From: Alphaproteobacteria bacterium
Lineage (GTDB): Bacteria > Pseudomonadota > Alphaproteobacteria > CALKHQ01
Direction of reading: 5' to 3'
NCBI GenBank assembly: GCA_965227515.1
Contig: CBDDFZ010000001.1
Coordinates: forward strand, 672,001 to 736,000
DNA length: 64,000 bases
The notes beneath the pieces are model-generated. The model was not told where the DNA came from, searched no databases, and worked only from the letters and a program-made list of their open reading frames with translations. This document shows positions 1 through 10,779 of this stretch, piece after piece. The translations under genes were made by a program, and so were the position numbers. Positions within the stretch are counted from its first letter, which is position 1. Each line of letters begins with the position of its first letter.

Positions 1-1
1 C

Positions 2-838
2 AGCATGGGTGCGGGCGGCCGGGTGGCGTTCGATCTCTACCTGCAGCCGGAGACGTGGCAGGGCCAGGTCGACGAGGCGGTGCGCCAGGCGCTGGTGAAC
101 CTGGAGTCGGTGCCGGCGCCGGCCGGCGAGATGACCGTGGTGCTGGGGCCCGGCTGGCCCGGCATCCTGTTGCACGAGGCCATCGGCCACGGCCTGGAGG
201 GCGACTTCAACCGCAAGAAGACCAGCGCGTTCTCCGGCCTGATGGGCGAGCGCGTCGCGGCCCCCGGCGTCACCGTGGTCGACGACGGCACCATCCCCGA
301 CCGCCGCGGGTCGCTGACCATCGACGACGAGGGCACGCCGACCAGCCGCACGACGCTGATCGAGGACGGATTGCTGGTCGGCTACATGCAGGACCGCCAG
401 AACGCCCGGCTGATGGGCATGCGGCCCAGCGGCAACGGCCGCCGTCAGTCGTACGCCCACGTGCCGATGCCGCGGATGACCAACACGGTGATGCTGAACG
501 GCGACAAGTCGCCGGACGAGATCCTGGCCAGCGTCGACAAGGGCCTCTATGCGGTCAATTTCGGCGGCGGCCAGGTCGACATCACGTCGGGCAAGTTCGT
601 GTTCTCCGCGTCGGAGGCCTACCTGATCGAGGGCGGCAAGGTGGGCGCGCCGGTGAAGGGCGCCACCCTGATCGGCAATGGCCCGGACGTGCTGACCAAG
701 GTCGGCATGATCGGCAACGACATGGCGATGGATCCCGGGGTCGGCACCTGCGGCAAGGAAGGCCAGGGCGTGCCGGTTGGCGTCGGCCAGCCGACCATGC
801 GGGTCGACGGCCTGACCGTCGGCGGCACGGCGCAGTAG
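2..838 (+). CDS. tldD: Metalloprotease TldD, 5' part outside the window
   Basis: [27 protein letters not shown] and C-terminal [18 protein letters not shown] motifs; frame open from the window start. Confidence 0.95.
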   Translation, partial: SMGAGGRVAFDLYLQPETWQGQVDEAVRQALVNLESVPAPAGEMTVVLGPGWPGILLHEAIGHGLEGDFNRKKTSAFSGLMGERVAAPGVTVVDDGTIPDRRGSLTIDDEGTPTSRTTLIEDGLLVGYMQDRQNARLMGMRPSGNGRRQSYAHVPMPRMTNTVMLNGDKSPDEILASVDKGLYAVNFGGGQVDITSGKFVFSASEAYLIEGGKVGAPVKGATLIGNGPDVLTKVGMIGNDMAMDPGVGTCGKEGQGVPVGVGQPTMRVDGLTVGGTAQ

Positions 839-862
839 GCCATTCGGCTGGCGGGCGCCGCG

Positions 863-1390
863 ATGGGGTCGCAGGCAGCGGTGGCCCGGCTGCGGGTGGC
901 GCGCGGGGCCGACGACGTCGCCCATATCCGCCGGCTGTTCCTGGCCTACGGCGAAAGCCTGGGTTTCAGCCTGTGCTTCCAGAACTTCGACGACGAGCTG
1001 GCCGGCCTGCCGGGCAAGTATGCGCCGCCGCGCGGCGAGCTGTGGCTGGCCTTTGCCGGCGACGATGACGCGGTGCCCGTGGGGTGCGTCGGCGTGCGGC
1101 CGTTCGACGATACGACCGCGGAGATGAAGCGGCTCTATGTTGCGCCGGCCGGGCGGGGACTGGGTCTCGGTCGCCGGCTGGCCGAGGCCGCGACCGGGTT
1201 TGCGCGCGACGGCGGCTATCAACGAATTGTGTTGGACACCATCAGCCGGACCATGGGCACGGCCGAGCGGATCTATCGCACGCTGGGCTACGCGCCGTGC
1301 CAGCCCTACTACCACAACCCGGTGGAGGGCGCGGTCTACTACGAATGCGCCTTCACGCGTGCCGGGCTGGCGCCGGACGCAAATGCGTAG
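863..1390 (+). CDS. GNAT family N-acetyltransferase
   Basis: EMKRLYV..GRGLGLGRRL acetyl-CoA binding motif; LCFQNFDDELAGLPGKY N-terminal motif. Confidence 0.9.
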   Translation: MGSQAAVARLRVARGADDVAHIRRLFLAYGESLGFSLCFQNFDDELAGLPGKYAPPRGELWLAFAGDDDAVPVGCVGVRPFDDTTAEMKRLYVAPAGRGLGLGRRLAEAATGFARDGGYQRIVLDTISRTMGTAERIYRTLGYAPCQPYYHNPVEGAVYYECAFTRAGLAPDANA

Positions 1391-1545
1391 AAAACTAACC
1401 TTTCGTAAACGTCACGGTTAACAGTTCTTAACGGGATTATGATATACCGTCCGCGCGTCACGAAGCGGTCCAAACGCCGGCAGGTACCGCCAGCGTCGGG
1501 CCGCGGTTGATTCCGGCGGTTGATCGAGGATCCCCCTTGGTAAAC

Positions 1546-2958
1546 ATGCGCAATGCGCACCTTTCCAGCGACATGCAGGCCATCCTGGCCGGTTGCCTGC
1601 GGATCGCCGATGTCATCGGGGTCGGGCTGGCTGGCGTCGTCGCCTACCTGATCCGCGAGGGTCATGCCGACATGGGCGTCACCTATCTGGTGGCGCTGGC
1701 CATCGGCATGCTGCTGATCCTCAACTTCATGCAGTTCGCCAAGCTCTACACGGTGCAGTCGCTGCGCAGCGGCAGCGCCCTGCTGGGCCGCCTGATCGGC
1801 GCCTGGATCGCGGTGCTGGTGGTGGTGCTGGCGTTCGGCTTCTTCTCCAAGACGTCGGAAGGCATCTCGCGTATCTGGTTCCTGCTGTGGGCGCTGAGCG
1901 GGCTGTCGTTCCTGCTGTTCAACCGGGTCGTCGCGTCGCGCATCCTGGCGCACTGGAACCGGCAGGGCCGGCTGCGCGCGCGGGTCGCCATCGTCGGTGC
2001 CGGCGGGCTCGGCGAGCGGCTGGTGGAGCACTTGCGCGAGCATGGCGGCAACGCGATGTCGGTGGTGGGCGTTTGGGACGACCGGCTGAGCCGGGTGCCC
2101 GAGAAGATCGGCGGGTTCGACGTGCGCGGCACCATCGACGACTTGATCGCCTACACCCGCAACAATCCGGTCGACGACATCATCGTGGCGCTGCCTTGGA
2201 GTGCCGGGCCACGAATCCGCCAGATGGCGCGCAAGCTCTATGTCGTGCCGGCGAACGTGCGCGTGTGCCCGGACCTGGTCGGCTTCGGCATCCCGCTGCG
2301 CGGCTTCTCATCGTTGCAGGGCGTGCCGCTGCTCAACGTCTACGAGCGTCCGCTCGGCGGCTGGGGCGTGATCCTGAAGGCGATCGAGGACAAGGTGGGT
2401 GCGGCCCTGATGCTGGCGCTGTTCGCGCCGCTGATGCTGCTGGTGGCGCTGGCGGTGAAGCTGGACAGCCCCGGCCCGGTGCTGTTCCGGCAGAAGCGCT
2501 ACGGCTTCAACAACAATGAGTTCAGCGTCTTCAAGTTCCGCACCATGTACCAGCGCACGGTCAAGGACGAGGACGGCGTGCCGCAGGCAACCAAGGGGGA
2601 CGCGCGCATCACGCGGGTCGGCGCCTTCCTGCGCAAGACCAGCCTGGACGAGCTGCCCCAGCTCTTCAACGTGCTCAGGGGCGAGATGTCCATCGTCGGC
2701 CCCCGGCCCCATGCGGTGGCGCACAACGAGAAGTACGGCCGCATCATCGACGAGTATATGTGCCGTCACCGGGTCAAGCCCGGCATCACCGGCTGGGCCC
2801 AGGTCAATGGCTGGCGCGGCGAGACCGAGACGCCTGAAAAAATGAGCATGCGCGTCCAGTACGACCTGTATTACATAGAGAACTGGTCGTTGTTGCTCGA
2901 CGTCCGAATCCTGTTCATGACCGCATTCGTCGGTTTTGCGCACCGCAACGCCTATTAG
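1546..2958 (+). CDS. wcaJ: Undecaprenyl-phosphate glucose phosphotransferase (WcaJ-like priming glycosyltransferase)
   Basis: Four N-terminal TM helices, IVGAG Rossmann-like segment, [30 protein letters not shown] and [13 protein letters not shown]; start set at ATG 1546. Confidence 0.9.
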   Translation: MRNAHLSSDMQAILAGCLRIADVIGVGLAGVVAYLIREGHADMGVTYLVALAIGMLLILNFMQFAKLYTVQSLRSGSALLGRLIGAWIAVLVVVLAFGFFSKTSEGISRIWFLLWALSGLSFLLFNRVVASRILAHWNRQGRLRARVAIVGAGGLGERLVEHLREHGGNAMSVVGVWDDRLSRVPEKIGGFDVRGTIDDLIAYTRNNPVDDIIVALPWSAGPRIRQMARKLYVVPANVRVCPDLVGFGIPLRGFSSLQGVPLLNVYERPLGGWGVILKAIEDKVGAALMLALFAPLMLLVALAVKLDSPGPVLFRQKRYGFNNNEFSVFKFRTMYQRTVKDEDGVPQATKGDARITRVGAFLRKTSLDELPQLFNVLRGEMSIVGPRPHAVAHNEKYGRIIDEYMCRHRVKPGITGWAQVNGWRGETETPEKMSMRVQYDLYYIENWSLLLDVRILFMTAFVGFAHRNAY

Positions 2959-2993
2959 CCGCTTCCCCCGCCACCGATCCGAGCTGTCCATTC

Positions 2994-4451
2994 GTGGCCG
3001 ACAAGCCTGATACCAGCCCGCCGCGCGACGGATTCGCGTTCGTGATGTTCGCGCTGATGCTGGCGTGGGCGCCGCTGCCGTTCGCCAGCAACACGGTGAT
3101 GTTCAGCAACGTTCTGGTCGTGCTGGTCGGCTTGGCGGCCCTGGCGTGGGCGCTGTGCGCGTTCCGCGACGCCCGGGTGAACATGGTGCCGTTCCGCCGC
3201 TACCGCTGGTTCGTCTGGCTGACGCTGGCGCTGACGGTGTGGGTGATCGTCCAGAACGCAAACTGGACGCCGTCCGACTGGCACCATCCGTTCTGGCGGT
3301 CGGCGGGCGCGGTGCTCGGCATGCCGGAGATCGGGTCGATCGGGTTGACGCCGAACGCCGGCTACCAGACCCTGCTGCGCATCCTGGCCTATATCCTGAC
3401 GTTCCTGCTGGCGATGCAGCTCGGCCGGTCCGGCGAGGGCGCGGCGCGGGTGACCTGGCTGGTGATCCTGATCGCCATCGCCTATGCGCTCTATGGCCTG
3501 ATCATCAAGGTCGGCGATCTGGAGATGGTCGCCTGGGAAGAGAAGATCTTCTACCAAGACAGCCTGACCAGCACGTTCATCAACCGCAACAGCTACGGCA
3601 CCTTCGCGGCCCTTGGCCTGCTGGTGATCTGCGGCATGCTGTCCAGGCGGATGCGCGCCACCGGCGCCCTCGGCTCGCTGCGCGGCGGCGCGCTGGCCGC
3701 GTTCATCGACCGGCTGACCGCGCGCGACTTCGTGCTGTTCGCGGGTTTCATCATGGTCGGCAGCGCGCTGTTGCTGACCAATTCGCGCGGCGCCAGCCTG
3801 TCGTTCCTGGTTGCCGTCATCGTGCTGTTCCTGCTGATCGCGGCGGGCCGGCGCTCCTGGCGGGCCAGCACCCTGATCGCCGGCGCCATCATCCTGGCCG
3901 GCGGCTATCTGGTGTTCAGCGCGTCCAGCGCCGGGCTGATCAGCCGGCTGCTGGAATTCGATCGCGACATCGTCGCCCGGCAGGAGGTGGCGGCGATCAC
4001 GATCAGGGCGATTGGCGACCATCCCTGGGTCGGCACCGGCTTCGGCAGCTTCCAGGGCCTGTTCGCGGCCTATCGCGATGCGTCCATCGACCCCGCGGTC
4101 GCGATCTACGACAAGGCCCACAACACCTATCTGGAATGGGCGTTGGAGGCGGGCTTGCCGGCGACCGTGCTGATGGTCGGCACCATCGGCTTCATCGCGA
4201 TCATGTGCGCGCGCGGTGCCGTCGTGCGCCGCCGCAATACGATCTACCCGGCGGTGGGCGCGGCGGCGACCACGCTGGTCGCGGTGCACGCCCTGGTCGA
4301 TTTCAGCCTGCAGATCCCCGCGGTCACCGTCTACTACGCCGCCATCCTGGGTGTCGGCTACGCCCAGTCCTGGTCGACCGCCGGTGACGAGCCGGTCTCG
4401 CGGCGGCCGGTGGGCGGGCTGGAGGACTGGCGCGCGCCCGAACGCGCCTGA
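2994..4451 (+). CDS. O-antigen ligase / Wzy-like polymerase family membrane protein
   Basis: Multiple TM helices, TFINRN, LTNSRG, PWVGTGFGSF and AHNTYLE motifs. Confidence 0.85.
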   Translation: MADKPDTSPPRDGFAFVMFALMLAWAPLPFASNTVMFSNVLVVLVGLAALAWALCAFRDARVNMVPFRRYRWFVWLTLALTVWVIVQNANWTPSDWHHPFWRSAGAVLGMPEIGSIGLTPNAGYQTLLRILAYILTFLLAMQLGRSGEGAARVTWLVILIAIAYALYGLIIKVGDLEMVAWEEKIFYQDSLTSTFINRNSYGTFAALGLLVICGMLSRRMRATGALGSLRGGALAAFIDRLTARDFVLFAGFIMVGSALLLTNSRGASLSFLVAVIVLFLLIAAGRRSWRASTLIAGAIILAGGYLVFSASSAGLISRLLEFDRDIVARQEVAAITIRAIGDHPWVGTGFGSFQGLFAAYRDASIDPAVAIYDKAHNTYLEWALEAGLPATVLMVGTIGFIAIMCARGAVVRRRNTIYPAVGAAATTLVAVHALVDFSLQIPAVTVYYAAILGVGYAQSWSTAGDEPVSRRPVGGLEDWRAPERA

Positions 4452-4452
4452 A

Positions 4453-4484
4453 CGCCATGTCTGACCCTCGCCATGTCTGACTCT
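4453..4484 (+). repeat. 16-bp tandem duplication over the thioesterase start
   Basis: cgccatgtctgaccct / cgccatgtctgactct. Confidence 0.8.
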
Positions 4485-4919
4485 CGACCGGGCCGCGCCG
4501 ATTTCGCGCACCTGATGGAAATCACCACCCGCTGGCACGACAACGATGCCTATGGGCACATCAACAACGTCGTCTACTACGCGTTCTTCGACACCGCGGT
4601 GAACCGCTACTTGATCGACAACGGGCTGCTCGATATCGACCACAGCCCGGTGATCGGCCTGGTGATCGAGACCAAGTGCACCTACTTCCAGCCGATGGCG
4701 TTCCCCGACCTGGTGACCGCGGCGCTGCGGGTCGCCCGCCTGGGCACTTCCAGCGTGACCTACGAGATCGGGCTCTATCGCAACGACGATGACGAGCCGG
4801 CGGCACTCGGTACCTTCACCCACGTCTATGTCGACCGACAGACCCGCCGGCCATGCCCGCTGCCCGACAACGTGCGTGCCGTGCTCAGCCGACTGGTGAT
4901 GCCGCCAACTCCAGGCTGA
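4473..4919 (+). CDS. Acyl-CoA thioesterase (4HBT/YbgC hot-dog family)
   Basis: RWHDNDAYGHINNVVYY motif. Confidence 0.9.
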   Translation: MSDSRPGRADFAHLMEITTRWHDNDAYGHINNVVYYAFFDTAVNRYLIDNGLLDIDHSPVIGLVIETKCTYFQPMAFPDLVTAALRVARLGTSSVTYEIGLYRNDDDEPAALGTFTHVYVDRQTRRPCPLPDNVRAVLSRLVMPPTPG

Positions 4920-5037
4920 GCCGCTTATGCGGACCGTTTGCGCCAGGATGTCGCAAGCGAAGACGCTGGCCACCGGTCGCAGCCTTGCCACATTGTGTGG
5001 TCAGCCTCCGCGCGAACCGAACGGATGTTAGGCGGGT

Positions 5038-5565
5038 ATGACATCGCAACACGCCACCTATATCGGCACCGGCAGCCGGCGCATTTCGGCGACGGCCGTG
5101 GGTCTCGGCGTCTGCATCGTCAGCGCCGCCATGCTGGTCGGCGCCCTGGCGTTCCAGTACATCGGCGGGCTCGACCCCTGCCCGCTCTGCCATCTGCAGC
5201 GCTATCCCTACATCGCCGCCCTGATTCTGGGCGCGGCCTCGATCTGGGTATCCGGCGGCATGCGCGCGCCGCTGCTGGTGCTGGCTGCGCTGGCGTTCTG
5301 GACCACTGCCGGCATCGGCTTCTACCACGCGGGCGTCGAATACGGGTTCTGGCCCGGTCCCGATACGTGCTCCGGCGCCGCTGAGCTGTCGGTCGACATG
5401 CTGCAGGACTTCTCCACCGGACAGATCGAAGTGCCGACCGTGAGCTGCTCCGACGCGGCATGGACGCTGATGGGCATCTCCATGGCCGGTTACAACTTCC
5501 TAATCGCCGGCTTCGTCGGGCTCGTCACCCTGGTCGCCGCACTGCGCACGCGGAGCGCGCGATGA
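5038..5565 (+). CDS. dsbB: Disulfide bond formation protein B family
   Basis: PCPLCHLQRYPY, YHAGVE, second periplasmic Cys pair, four TM helices. Confidence 0.85.
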   Translation: MTSQHATYIGTGSRRISATAVGLGVCIVSAAMLVGALAFQYIGGLDPCPLCHLQRYPYIAALILGAASIWVSGGMRAPLLVLAALAFWTTAGIGFYHAGVEYGFWPGPDTCSGAAELSVDMLQDFSTGQIEVPTVSCSDAAWTLMGISMAGYNFLIAGFVGLVTLVAALRTRSAR

Positions 5566-6119
5566 CGGATGCGCCCCGCCGCCCGCCGGCCCTGCCCGGC
5601 GATCCCGATTGGGATGCGCAGGTCGCCCGCATGGTGCGGGTGGACCACGCCGGCGAGTACGGCGCGCGGCGCATTTACGACGGGCAGCTCGCTGTGCTCG
5701 GCAAGACCGCGCACGCGGAGACCATCCGCCATATGCGCGACCAGGAGACCGAGCACCTGGAAACCTTCGACCGCCTGGTTGTGGAGCGGGAGGTGCGGCC
5801 GACCGCGCTGCATCCGCTGTGGCATGCGCTCGGCTACGCGCTGGGGGCGGCCAGTGCCGCCATGGGGCCGAAGGCGGCGATGGCGGTGACCGTCGCGGTC
5901 GAAGAGGTGATCGACGAGCACTACAGCAAGCAGGCCGAGAAGCTGGCCGGCGAGGACCCGGAGCTGCACGGCATCGTCGAGAAGTTCGCCGCCGACGAGC
6001 GCGAGCACCGCGACATCGGCCTCGACCACGGGGCGCGGGAGGCGCCGGGCTACGAACCGCTGTCCGCCGCCGTCAAGGCTGGTTCAAGACTGGCAATCTG
6101 GCTGTCGGAGCGGATTTGA
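5562..6119 (+). CDS. coq7: Demethoxyubiquinone hydroxylase (di-iron)
   Basis: RVDHAGEYGA, EXXH motifs (ETEH, IDEHY, DEREH); ATG overlaps the dsbB stop (ATGA). Confidence 0.92.
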   Translation: MTDAPRRPPALPGDPDWDAQVARMVRVDHAGEYGARRIYDGQLAVLGKTAHAETIRHMRDQETEHLETFDRLVVEREVRPTALHPLWHALGYALGAASAAMGPKAAMAVTVAVEEVIDEHYSKQAEKLAGEDPELHGIVEKFAADEREHRDIGLDHGAREAPGYEPLSAAVKAGSRLAIWLSERI

Positions 6120-6143
6120 GCGATGTAAATCGATTGTGGATGG

Positions 6144-6419
6144 TCACAACGTCGGCTCAGCTTGCCTACCATTGCGGATCATCACGATCAGTACGACATC
6201 CTCTACATTTCGGTAGTAGATGTGGTGTGAGCGATAAACATATCTGCGATGGGTGTCGTTGAACCTGACCCCGATATCGGGATTCCTGCCAAGTAGCTCG
6301 AACGCCTGATAGAGGCCTCGCAAGTATTTCTCTGCCTGATTGGCGCCAAATGTCCGGTCGGTGTAGCGCGCAATGTCCACAACTTGGGCGATTGCCCGCC
6401 GACTCAACCGGAATGTCAT
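6144..6419 (-). CDS. parE: Type II toxin, RelE/ParE family
   Basis: FRLSRRA..DIARYT..FG..QAEKY, NPDIG, HHIYYR pattern; 91 aa. Confidence 0.85.
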   Translation of the reverse strand: MTFRLSRRAIAQVVDIARYTDRTFGANQAEKYLRGLYQAFELLGRNPDIGVRFNDTHRRYVYRSHHIYYRNVEDVVLIVMIRNGRQAEPTL

Positions 6420-6637
6420 GGAGACTTATCGTTCTCCGCGCGCACTTCGGCGAGGATATCCTCTACGGTGTGGTGCTCAGCGATTCCGCTCGCATCAGCC
6501 TCCGCTAGGTCACGCTCAATTAGGGCGCGTTGTTGCTGGGGCGTCAGGCTTTCCCAGAGCGCAATGTCGGCTTCGGTCGGATTGACCGTCGACGAGAATC
6601 TGATCGCGGAGATGTCGAGGGTTTTCGTGTCGTCCAT
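6416..6637 (-). CDS. Putative antitoxin (73 aa, acidic)
   Basis: AGGAG RBS before ATG 6637; stop overlaps the toxin start (ATGA); C-terminal LAEADASG resembles ParD-type helices. Confidence 0.7.
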   Translation of the reverse strand: MDDTKTLDISAIRFSSTVNPTEADIALWESLTPQQQRALIERDLAEADASGIAEHHTVEDILAEVRAENDKSP

Positions 6638-6715
6638 GGAGGCAACTCCTTCGCCACCCAAGATAACGCCGCTGGAGGCACATTCAACCGACATCGGCCT
6701 CTGTCCCAATCAGGA

Positions 6716-7948
6716 TCAATCCACCTGCAGCAACTGACCTTTCAAATACGCGGTTTCCGGCAGGTGCGGGTGGACCGGATGATCGGGGGCGGCGCCGACA
6801 GTGGCCAGCACCCGGCCGGTGCGCCGGGTGTCGTTGAGCCCCTTGGCGACGCAGTCCGCGAATGTCTCCGGCGAAATGTTGTGGGAGCATGAGGCGGTGA
6901 ACAACAGGCCGCCCGGCGCCACCAGGCCGGCGCACTGGCGCGCAAGCTTGCGGTAGCCGCGCGCCGCCGCCGGCACGTCCTTCTTCGACTTGGCGAACGC
7001 CGGCGGGTCGCAGACCACAATATCGTAGCGCTCCCCCGCCTCCCGCTTGGCTTCCAGCGCGGCGAATGCCTCCGCCCGCTCGAACCGGCAGCGCGCCGCG
7101 ACACCGCTGGCGTCGGCAGCCTGTTGCGCCAACTCCTGCGCCGGTGCCGACCGGTCGACACCGACTACCTGGGCCGCGCCGGCCACCGCCGCCTGCACCG
7201 CGAAGCCGCCTGTGTGGCAATAGACGTCCAGCACCCGCGCGCCGGCGGCGAAGCCGGCGACCAGTGCCCGATTGGCCCGCTGGTCGAAGAACCAGCCGGT
7301 CTTCTGCCCGCCCGTCAGGTCGGCCAGGAAGGTGGCCCCGCCCTCCGGCACCTCGACCGGCGCATCGGGCGGCGTGCCGACGACATGGGGGGTCGCGTCC
7401 AGCCCCTCCAGCGCGCGGGCCGGCGTATCGTTGCGGAACTGAATCGACTGCGGCCGGAAGCGCTCGGTCAACGCTTCCTCCAGGGCGGGCCGCAACCGCT
7501 CGAACCCGGCGACGTTCACCTGCACCACGAGATGGCGGTCGAACCGGTCGACGATCAGGCCGGGCAGGCCATCGCCCTCGGCGTGGACCAGGCGATAGAA
7601 TGGCGCCCCGGTCAGCCGGGCGCGCAATGCCGCGGCGCGCTCAAGGCGCGCATCGAGCCAGCCGGCGTCGATCGGCGTGTCGGCCTTGGTCGTCAGCAAT
7701 CGCGCCGCGATCAGCGGCCGGGGGTTGAAGAACGCGGTGCCGAGGTGCCGGCCCGTGCTGGCCACCAGATTGACCAGCGTGCCGGGCGGCAGCTTGCGCT
7801 CGGCGTCGCCCAGGCGCAGCTCGTTGGAATACACCCAGGGGTGGCCGGCCAGCAGCCGCCGCTCGCGTTTCGGCGCCAGATGCAACTGGGGATAGGGCGG
7901 CGTGTCTTGCGAAACCGCCGCTTTGGCCTGCGCCGTCGCTTCGCTCAC
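6716..7948 (-). CDS. rlmI: Class I SAM-dependent rRNA methyltransferase (RlmI-like)
   Basis: [12 protein letters not shown]-like start, [32 protein letters not shown]; GTG overlaps the gpt stop. Confidence 0.88.
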   Translation of the reverse strand: MSEATAQAKAAVSQDTPPYPQLHLAPKRERRLLAGHPWVYSNELRLGDAERKLPPGTLVNLVASTGRHLGTAFFNPRPLIAARLLTTKADTPIDAGWLDARLERAAALRARLTGAPFYRLVHAEGDGLPGLIVDRFDRHLVVQVNVAGFERLRPALEEALTERFRPQSIQFRNDTPARALEGLDATPHVVGTPPDAPVEVPEGGATFLADLTGGQKTGWFFDQRANRALVAGFAAGARVLDVYCHTGGFAVQAAVAGAAQVVGVDRSAPAQELAQQAADASGVAARCRFERAEAFAALEAKREAGERYDIVVCDPPAFAKSKKDVPAAARGYRKLARQCAGLVAPGGLLFTASCSHNISPETFADCVAKGLNDTRRTGRVLATVGAAPDHPVHPHLPETAYLKGQLLQVD

Positions 7949-8433
7949 GCCGGCGCTTTGGCGGCCAGCGGTTGGGCGAACTGCAGCTCCAGGTCCCATG
8001 GGAAATAGATCCAGGTGTCCTGGCTGACCTCGGTGATGAAGGTGTCGACCAGCGGCCGGCCTGCGGGCTTGGCGTAGACCGTGGCCAGATGCGCCTTCGG
8101 CAGCATCTCCTTGATCACCCGCGCGGTCTTGCCGGTGTCGACCAGGTCGTCGACGACCAGCAGGCCCGTACCGTCGCCCTCCACCGATTTCAGGATGCTG
8201 ACCTGCCCCTGCCGCTTCTCGTCGTGGTAGCTGGAGATGCACACGGTGTCGATCAGCCGGATGTCCAGCTCCCGCGCGACAACGGCCGCCGGCACCAGGC
8301 CGCCGCGGGTGATGGCGACGATGCCCTGCCATGGCTGTTGCGCCATCAGGCGCCAGGCCAGCGCCCGCGCGTCGCGGTGCAGTTGCTCCCAGGAAACCGG
8401 ATAGTTCTTGGTGTAGGTCGGCTCGTCGGCCAT
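7945..8433 (-). CDS. gpt: Xanthine-guanine phosphoribosyltransferase
   Basis: [25 protein letters not shown] motif, [10 protein letters not shown]. Confidence 0.93.
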   Translation of the reverse strand: MADEPTYTKNYPVSWEQLHRDARALAWRLMAQQPWQGIVAITRGGLVPAAVVARELDIRLIDTVCISSYHDEKRQGQVSILKSVEGDGTGLLVVDDLVDTGKTARVIKEMLPKAHLATVYAKPAGRPLVDTFITEVSQDTWIYFPWDLELQFAQPLAAKAPA

Positions 8434-8550
8434 GGCCACTCCCGCAGCGACGTGATCGGTGAAGGCCCGGACTATGGGCCAGCCGAGTCTGTGGCCCAGC
8501 CGACGCGCCCGCGTCAAGGGGAATGGGTCAGGAATTCACGCCCGAGGCAA

Positions 8551-8991
8551 TCAGGCGCTGAGCCCTGGCTTTTCCAGATAGCAGCCGCTGATCCGCCAGC
8601 TTCCGTCGGGCTGGCGCTCCATCCGGTAGCGCGCGATCACCGGCTCGCCGTCCGGCCCGACCAGATAGACGTCCTGGATCGGCTCGGCGCCGGTGGTATC
8701 CAGGTACTGGAACTCGACATATTGCGGCCGGTAGACCGGCATGTAGCCGGAGATCACCATGTCCATGAAATAGTCGGGGCTCTGGAACTGCAGCTGCAGC
8801 ATCGGCGATGCGTAGGAAAAAGCTTCCACGCGATCGTCGCGCTGGAAGGCGTCGAGCTGCGACTGGATGGTGGCGATGATCTGGGAACGGTCGGCCTCGC
8901 TGACGGATTGCGCGAGCGCCGGCTGGGACAGGGCGGTACCCATCCAGGTGACCGCCGCAACGAACAAGGCTCGTGCGATTAGGCGATGCAT
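8551..8991 (-). CDS. Exported DUF4864-like protein
   Basis: Signal peptide; IQSQLDAF..AFSYASP..F..MV..GY.PVYRP and WRISGC pattern. Confidence 0.75.
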   Translation of the reverse strand: MHRLIARALFVAAVTWMGTALSQPALAQSVSEADRSQIIATIQSQLDAFQRDDRVEAFSYASPMLQLQFQSPDYFMDMVISGYMPVYRPQYVEFQYLDTTGAEPIQDVYLVGPDGEPVIARYRMERQPDGSWRISGCYLEKPGLSA

Positions 8992-9149
8992 GGTCGCTCT
9001 CCGCGTGTCGTTCGTAAGAAAGGTTAACCCATGCGGCGGGCAACGTCATGTGACAGGGCGCACACTTGACGGCAATGGTTTTGTAAGCGCGATATGCGGC
9101 GGTGCGGTCGAACCCGCGCGACGCCGTTCGATTTCTTGGGGAGAACACC

Positions 9150-10529
9150 ATGGCCTCCGTCGCAAACTCGCCGGAAGCGCGGGACATTGCCTACCACCTG
9201 CACCCGTACACGAACCTGCGCAAGCTGGCCGAGGACGGGCCTTTGGTGATCGCCCGGGGCGAGGGCATCCACGTCTACGACACCAACGACAAGCCGTATA
9301 TCGAGGGTCTGGCCGGCCTGTGGTGCGCCGGGCTGGGCTTCTCCGAGCAGCGCCTGGTGGAGGCGGCGACCCGCCAGATGGAGAAGCTGCCGTTCTACCA
9401 TGCCTTCACCAACAAGGTGTCGGACGTGTGCACCGAACTGGCCGAGCGGCTGGTCAGCCTGGCGCCGGTGCCGATGTCGAAGGCGATCTTCGAAAGCTCC
9501 GGCTCCCAGGCCAACGACACCGTCATCAAGATCGTCTGGTACTACAACAACGCGCTCGGCCGGCCGGAGAAGAAGAAGTTCATCAGCCGCAAGCGCGGCT
9601 ATCACGGCGTCACCCTGGGCGCGGCGAGCCTGACCGGCCTGCCCTATGCCCAGGTCGACTTCGATGTGCCGTTCCCGTTCGTGCGCCACGTCACCCCGCC
9701 CCACACCTTCCGCGAGATGCAGCCGGGCGAGGACGAGGCCGCCTTCGTAGACCGGCTGGCGCAGGAGCTGGACGACCTGATCGAGGCCGAGGGGTCGGAG
9801 ACGGTGGCCGCCTTCATCGCCGAGCCGGTTCAGGGCGCGGGCGGCGTGATCCTGCCGCCTGAGGGCTATTTCCCGAAGATCCAGGCGGTGCTCAACAAGC
9901 ATGACGTGCTGATGATCGCCGACGAGGTGATCTGCGGCTTCGGGCGCACCGGCAACTGGTGGGGCAGCCAGACCTTCGACATCAAGCCGAACATCATGTC
10001 GATGGCCAAGCAGCTGACCGCCGCCTACATGCCGCTGTCGGCGGTGATGATCGACGACAAGGTGTTCCAGGTGCTGGCCGACAACAGCGCCAAGCGCGGC
10101 AATTTCGGCCACGGCTACACGTACTCGGGGCACCCGGTGCCGTCGGCGGTGGCGCTGGAGACGCTGAGGATCTACGAGGAGGACGGCATCATCGAGCGGG
10201 TGGCGGCCATCGGCCCGCACCTGCAAGCCGGGCTCCGCGCGCTGGGCGACCATCCGCTGGTCGGCGAGGCACGCGGCATCGGGCTGATCGGCGCGTTGGA
10301 ACTGGTCGCCGACAAGGAAACCAAGGAGGCCTTCCCGCCGGAGCGCATGGTCGGGCCGGCCGTCGTCGCCCACTGCCAGCGCCACGGGCTGATCCTGCGC
10401 AATCTGCCGGGCGATGTCGTCGCGGTGTGCCCGCCGATGATCATCACCACCGCCGAGATCGACGAGTTGCTGAAGCGCCTGGGTGCTGCGCTGGACGATG
10501 CCTACGCCGATATCCAGGCGGCGGCCTGA
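9150..10529 (+). CDS. Class III (omega-amino acid) aminotransferase
   Basis: GLWC, YHG, FIAEPVQGAGG, IADEVICGFGRTG, MAKQLT (PLP Lys), HGYTYSGHP. Confidence 0.92.
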   Translation: MASVANSPEARDIAYHLHPYTNLRKLAEDGPLVIARGEGIHVYDTNDKPYIEGLAGLWCAGLGFSEQRLVEAATRQMEKLPFYHAFTNKVSDVCTELAERLVSLAPVPMSKAIFESSGSQANDTVIKIVWYYNNALGRPEKKKFISRKRGYHGVTLGAASLTGLPYAQVDFDVPFPFVRHVTPPHTFREMQPGEDEAAFVDRLAQELDDLIEAEGSETVAAFIAEPVQGAGGVILPPEGYFPKIQAVLNKHDVLMIADEVICGFGRTGNWWGSQTFDIKPNIMSMAKQLTAAYMPLSAVMIDDKVFQVLADNSAKRGNFGHGYTYSGHPVPSAVALETLRIYEEDGIIERVAAIGPHLQAGLRALGDHPLVGEARGIGLIGALELVADKETKEAFPPERMVGPAVVAHCQRHGLILRNLPGDVVAVCPPMIITTAEIDELLKRLGAALDDAYADIQAAA

Positions 10530-10544
10530 GGCGGTATCTCATTT

Positions 10545-10722
10545 GACGCCCTCCGCCTTGTGCCGAGGGCCATGCTCTTGCAAGGCTGGTCACGAATGTC
10601 GTTTGTGCGTGGCGAGGGTGCCATGCTGGCCGCCAGCCGTCTGCCATCTACGCGGCGTAACGCCAGGCAGTCGGTACGCGTTCGGGACATGGATGGGTCC
10701 TCGCCACAAGGGCGAGGACGTC
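10545..10722. repeat. Inverted REP-like hairpin dimer, copy A (178 bp)
   Basis: gacgccctccgccttgtgccgagggcc ... gggtcctcgccacaagggcgaggacgtc. Confidence 0.85.
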
Positions 10723-10779
10723 GATGGTGTTTTTGATCAGATAGAGTCCGTCGCGGCCTGATCCAATCAGGCCCGCGGC

